A stretch of DNA of 52,908 nt. Source: a virus. This document shows, one piece after another, positions 52,473 through 52,908 of the stretch. The notes under the pieces were generated by a model, which made no database searches, was not told the origin of the DNA, and was given only the letters and a program-made list of their open reading frames with translations. How positions within the stretch are numbered: position 1 is the first letter of the stretch; each line of letters begins with the position of its first letter. The translations under genes and the position numbers were made by a program. The stretch lies in the IMG/VR virus record IMGVR_UViG_3300013426_000006, one strand, 5' to 3'.

Positions 52473-52908
52473 AGGTTACAAGGGATTTAACAAGGATATG
52501 ACGTGCCGCGGATTTCAGTATGAAGAAGGCGAGGAATACGAAACAGAAGAAGCAGAAATATGTGAGAAAGGCTTCCATGCTTGCGAATATCCTCTTGACT
52601 GTTTTAGTTATTACAATCCTACAGAAAGCGTATATCACGAAGTAGAGCAAAGTGGAGAGATAAGCAAGAATGAAGATGAGGACACGAAGCTTGCGTCTAC
52701 TAAGATTAAGATTGGAGCGAAATTGAGCATTGCCGGGATTGTACAGGCGGCTATTGAATACACATCAAGCAGAGTGAAAAAGGAATCGGACAATGATTCA
52801 AGAAAAGGAGCTTCCTCGGCAACAGGTGACTACGGAGCTTCCTCGGCAACAGGTAACTGTGGAGCTTCCTCGGCAACAGGTGACTACGGAGCTTCCTCGG
52901 CAACAGGT
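52456..52908 (+). CDS. N-terminal part of the junction-wrapping repeat protein (DUF7666-like N-domain)
   Basis: GGGAG lies 7 nt upstream of ATG 52456. MSEVIKGYKGFNKDMTCRGFQYEEGEEYE..CEKGFHACEYPLDCFSYY. The frame is open to the window end and continues at position 78. Confidence 0.8.
   Translation, partial: MSEVIKGYKGFNKDMTCRGFQYEEGEEYETEEAEICEKGFHACEYPLDCFSYYNPTESVYHEVEQSGEISKNEDEDTKLASTKIKIGAKLSIAGIVQAAIEYTSSRVKKESDNDSRKGASSATGDYGASSATGNCGASSATGDYGASSATG
52807..52908 (+). repeat. first 3.8 units of the 27-nt tandem array
   Basis: GASSATGDY, GASSATGNC, GASSATGDY, GASSATG... Confidence 0.95.

Overview
The window is a complete, circularly closed temperate siphovirus-type phage genome. Positions 1-77 are identical to 52832-52908, giving a unique length of 52,831 nt. 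Low GC content, AGGAGG-type ribosome-binding sites and sporulation/Clostridia-like gene content suggest a Firmicute host. Almost all genes are on the + strand.

Gene order:
- 51.0-52.5 kb: CI-like/Cro-like switch and an antirepressor.
- 52456..end joined to 78..920: a gene wrapping the assembly junction. It encodes a protein with about 26 near-perfect 27-nt (9-aa) tandem repeats.
- 0.9-17.9 kb: recombination/replication module (Rad50-like ATPase, RecT, MBL-fold hydrolase, SSB, ERCC4-like nuclease, radical SAM protein, replisome organizer, DnaC-like loader).
- 10.4-12.2 kb: a C5-cytosine methyltransferase locus. Its conserved motifs are spread over alternating frames, and the frame junctions include (TTAC)6, (AGCAG)7 and G9 tracts.
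- 17.9-19.9 kb: Xis-like protein, tyrosine integrase and a putative attP.
- 20.0-23.5 kb: cargo block of low-complexity Q/N/G/C-rich proteins.
- 23.5-24.3 kb: an ~800-nt non-coding island with a dense GATC/CTGATCT cluster and duplicated tRNA-3'-end-like fragments.
- 24.3-29.3 kb: a second small regulatory circuit, a promoter-leader-terminator unit, a TerS-like gene, an RHH protein, a small serine recombinase and a tRNA cluster (Gln, Ser, Tyr plus one truncated tRNA-like element) with hairpin-rich spacers.
- 30.2-33.0 kb: TerL carrying a 350-aa LAGLIDADG intein in the P-loop. The intein has class-3 hallmarks.
- 33.7-50.0 kb: portal, head, XhlA/holin (inside the head-tail block), tail with a G/GT-type -1 frameshift site, tape measure, tail tip protein and a GH25 endolysin.

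I saw no CRISPR array, rRNA or reverse transcriptase. Family names are from memory of sequence motifs; no database search was possible.
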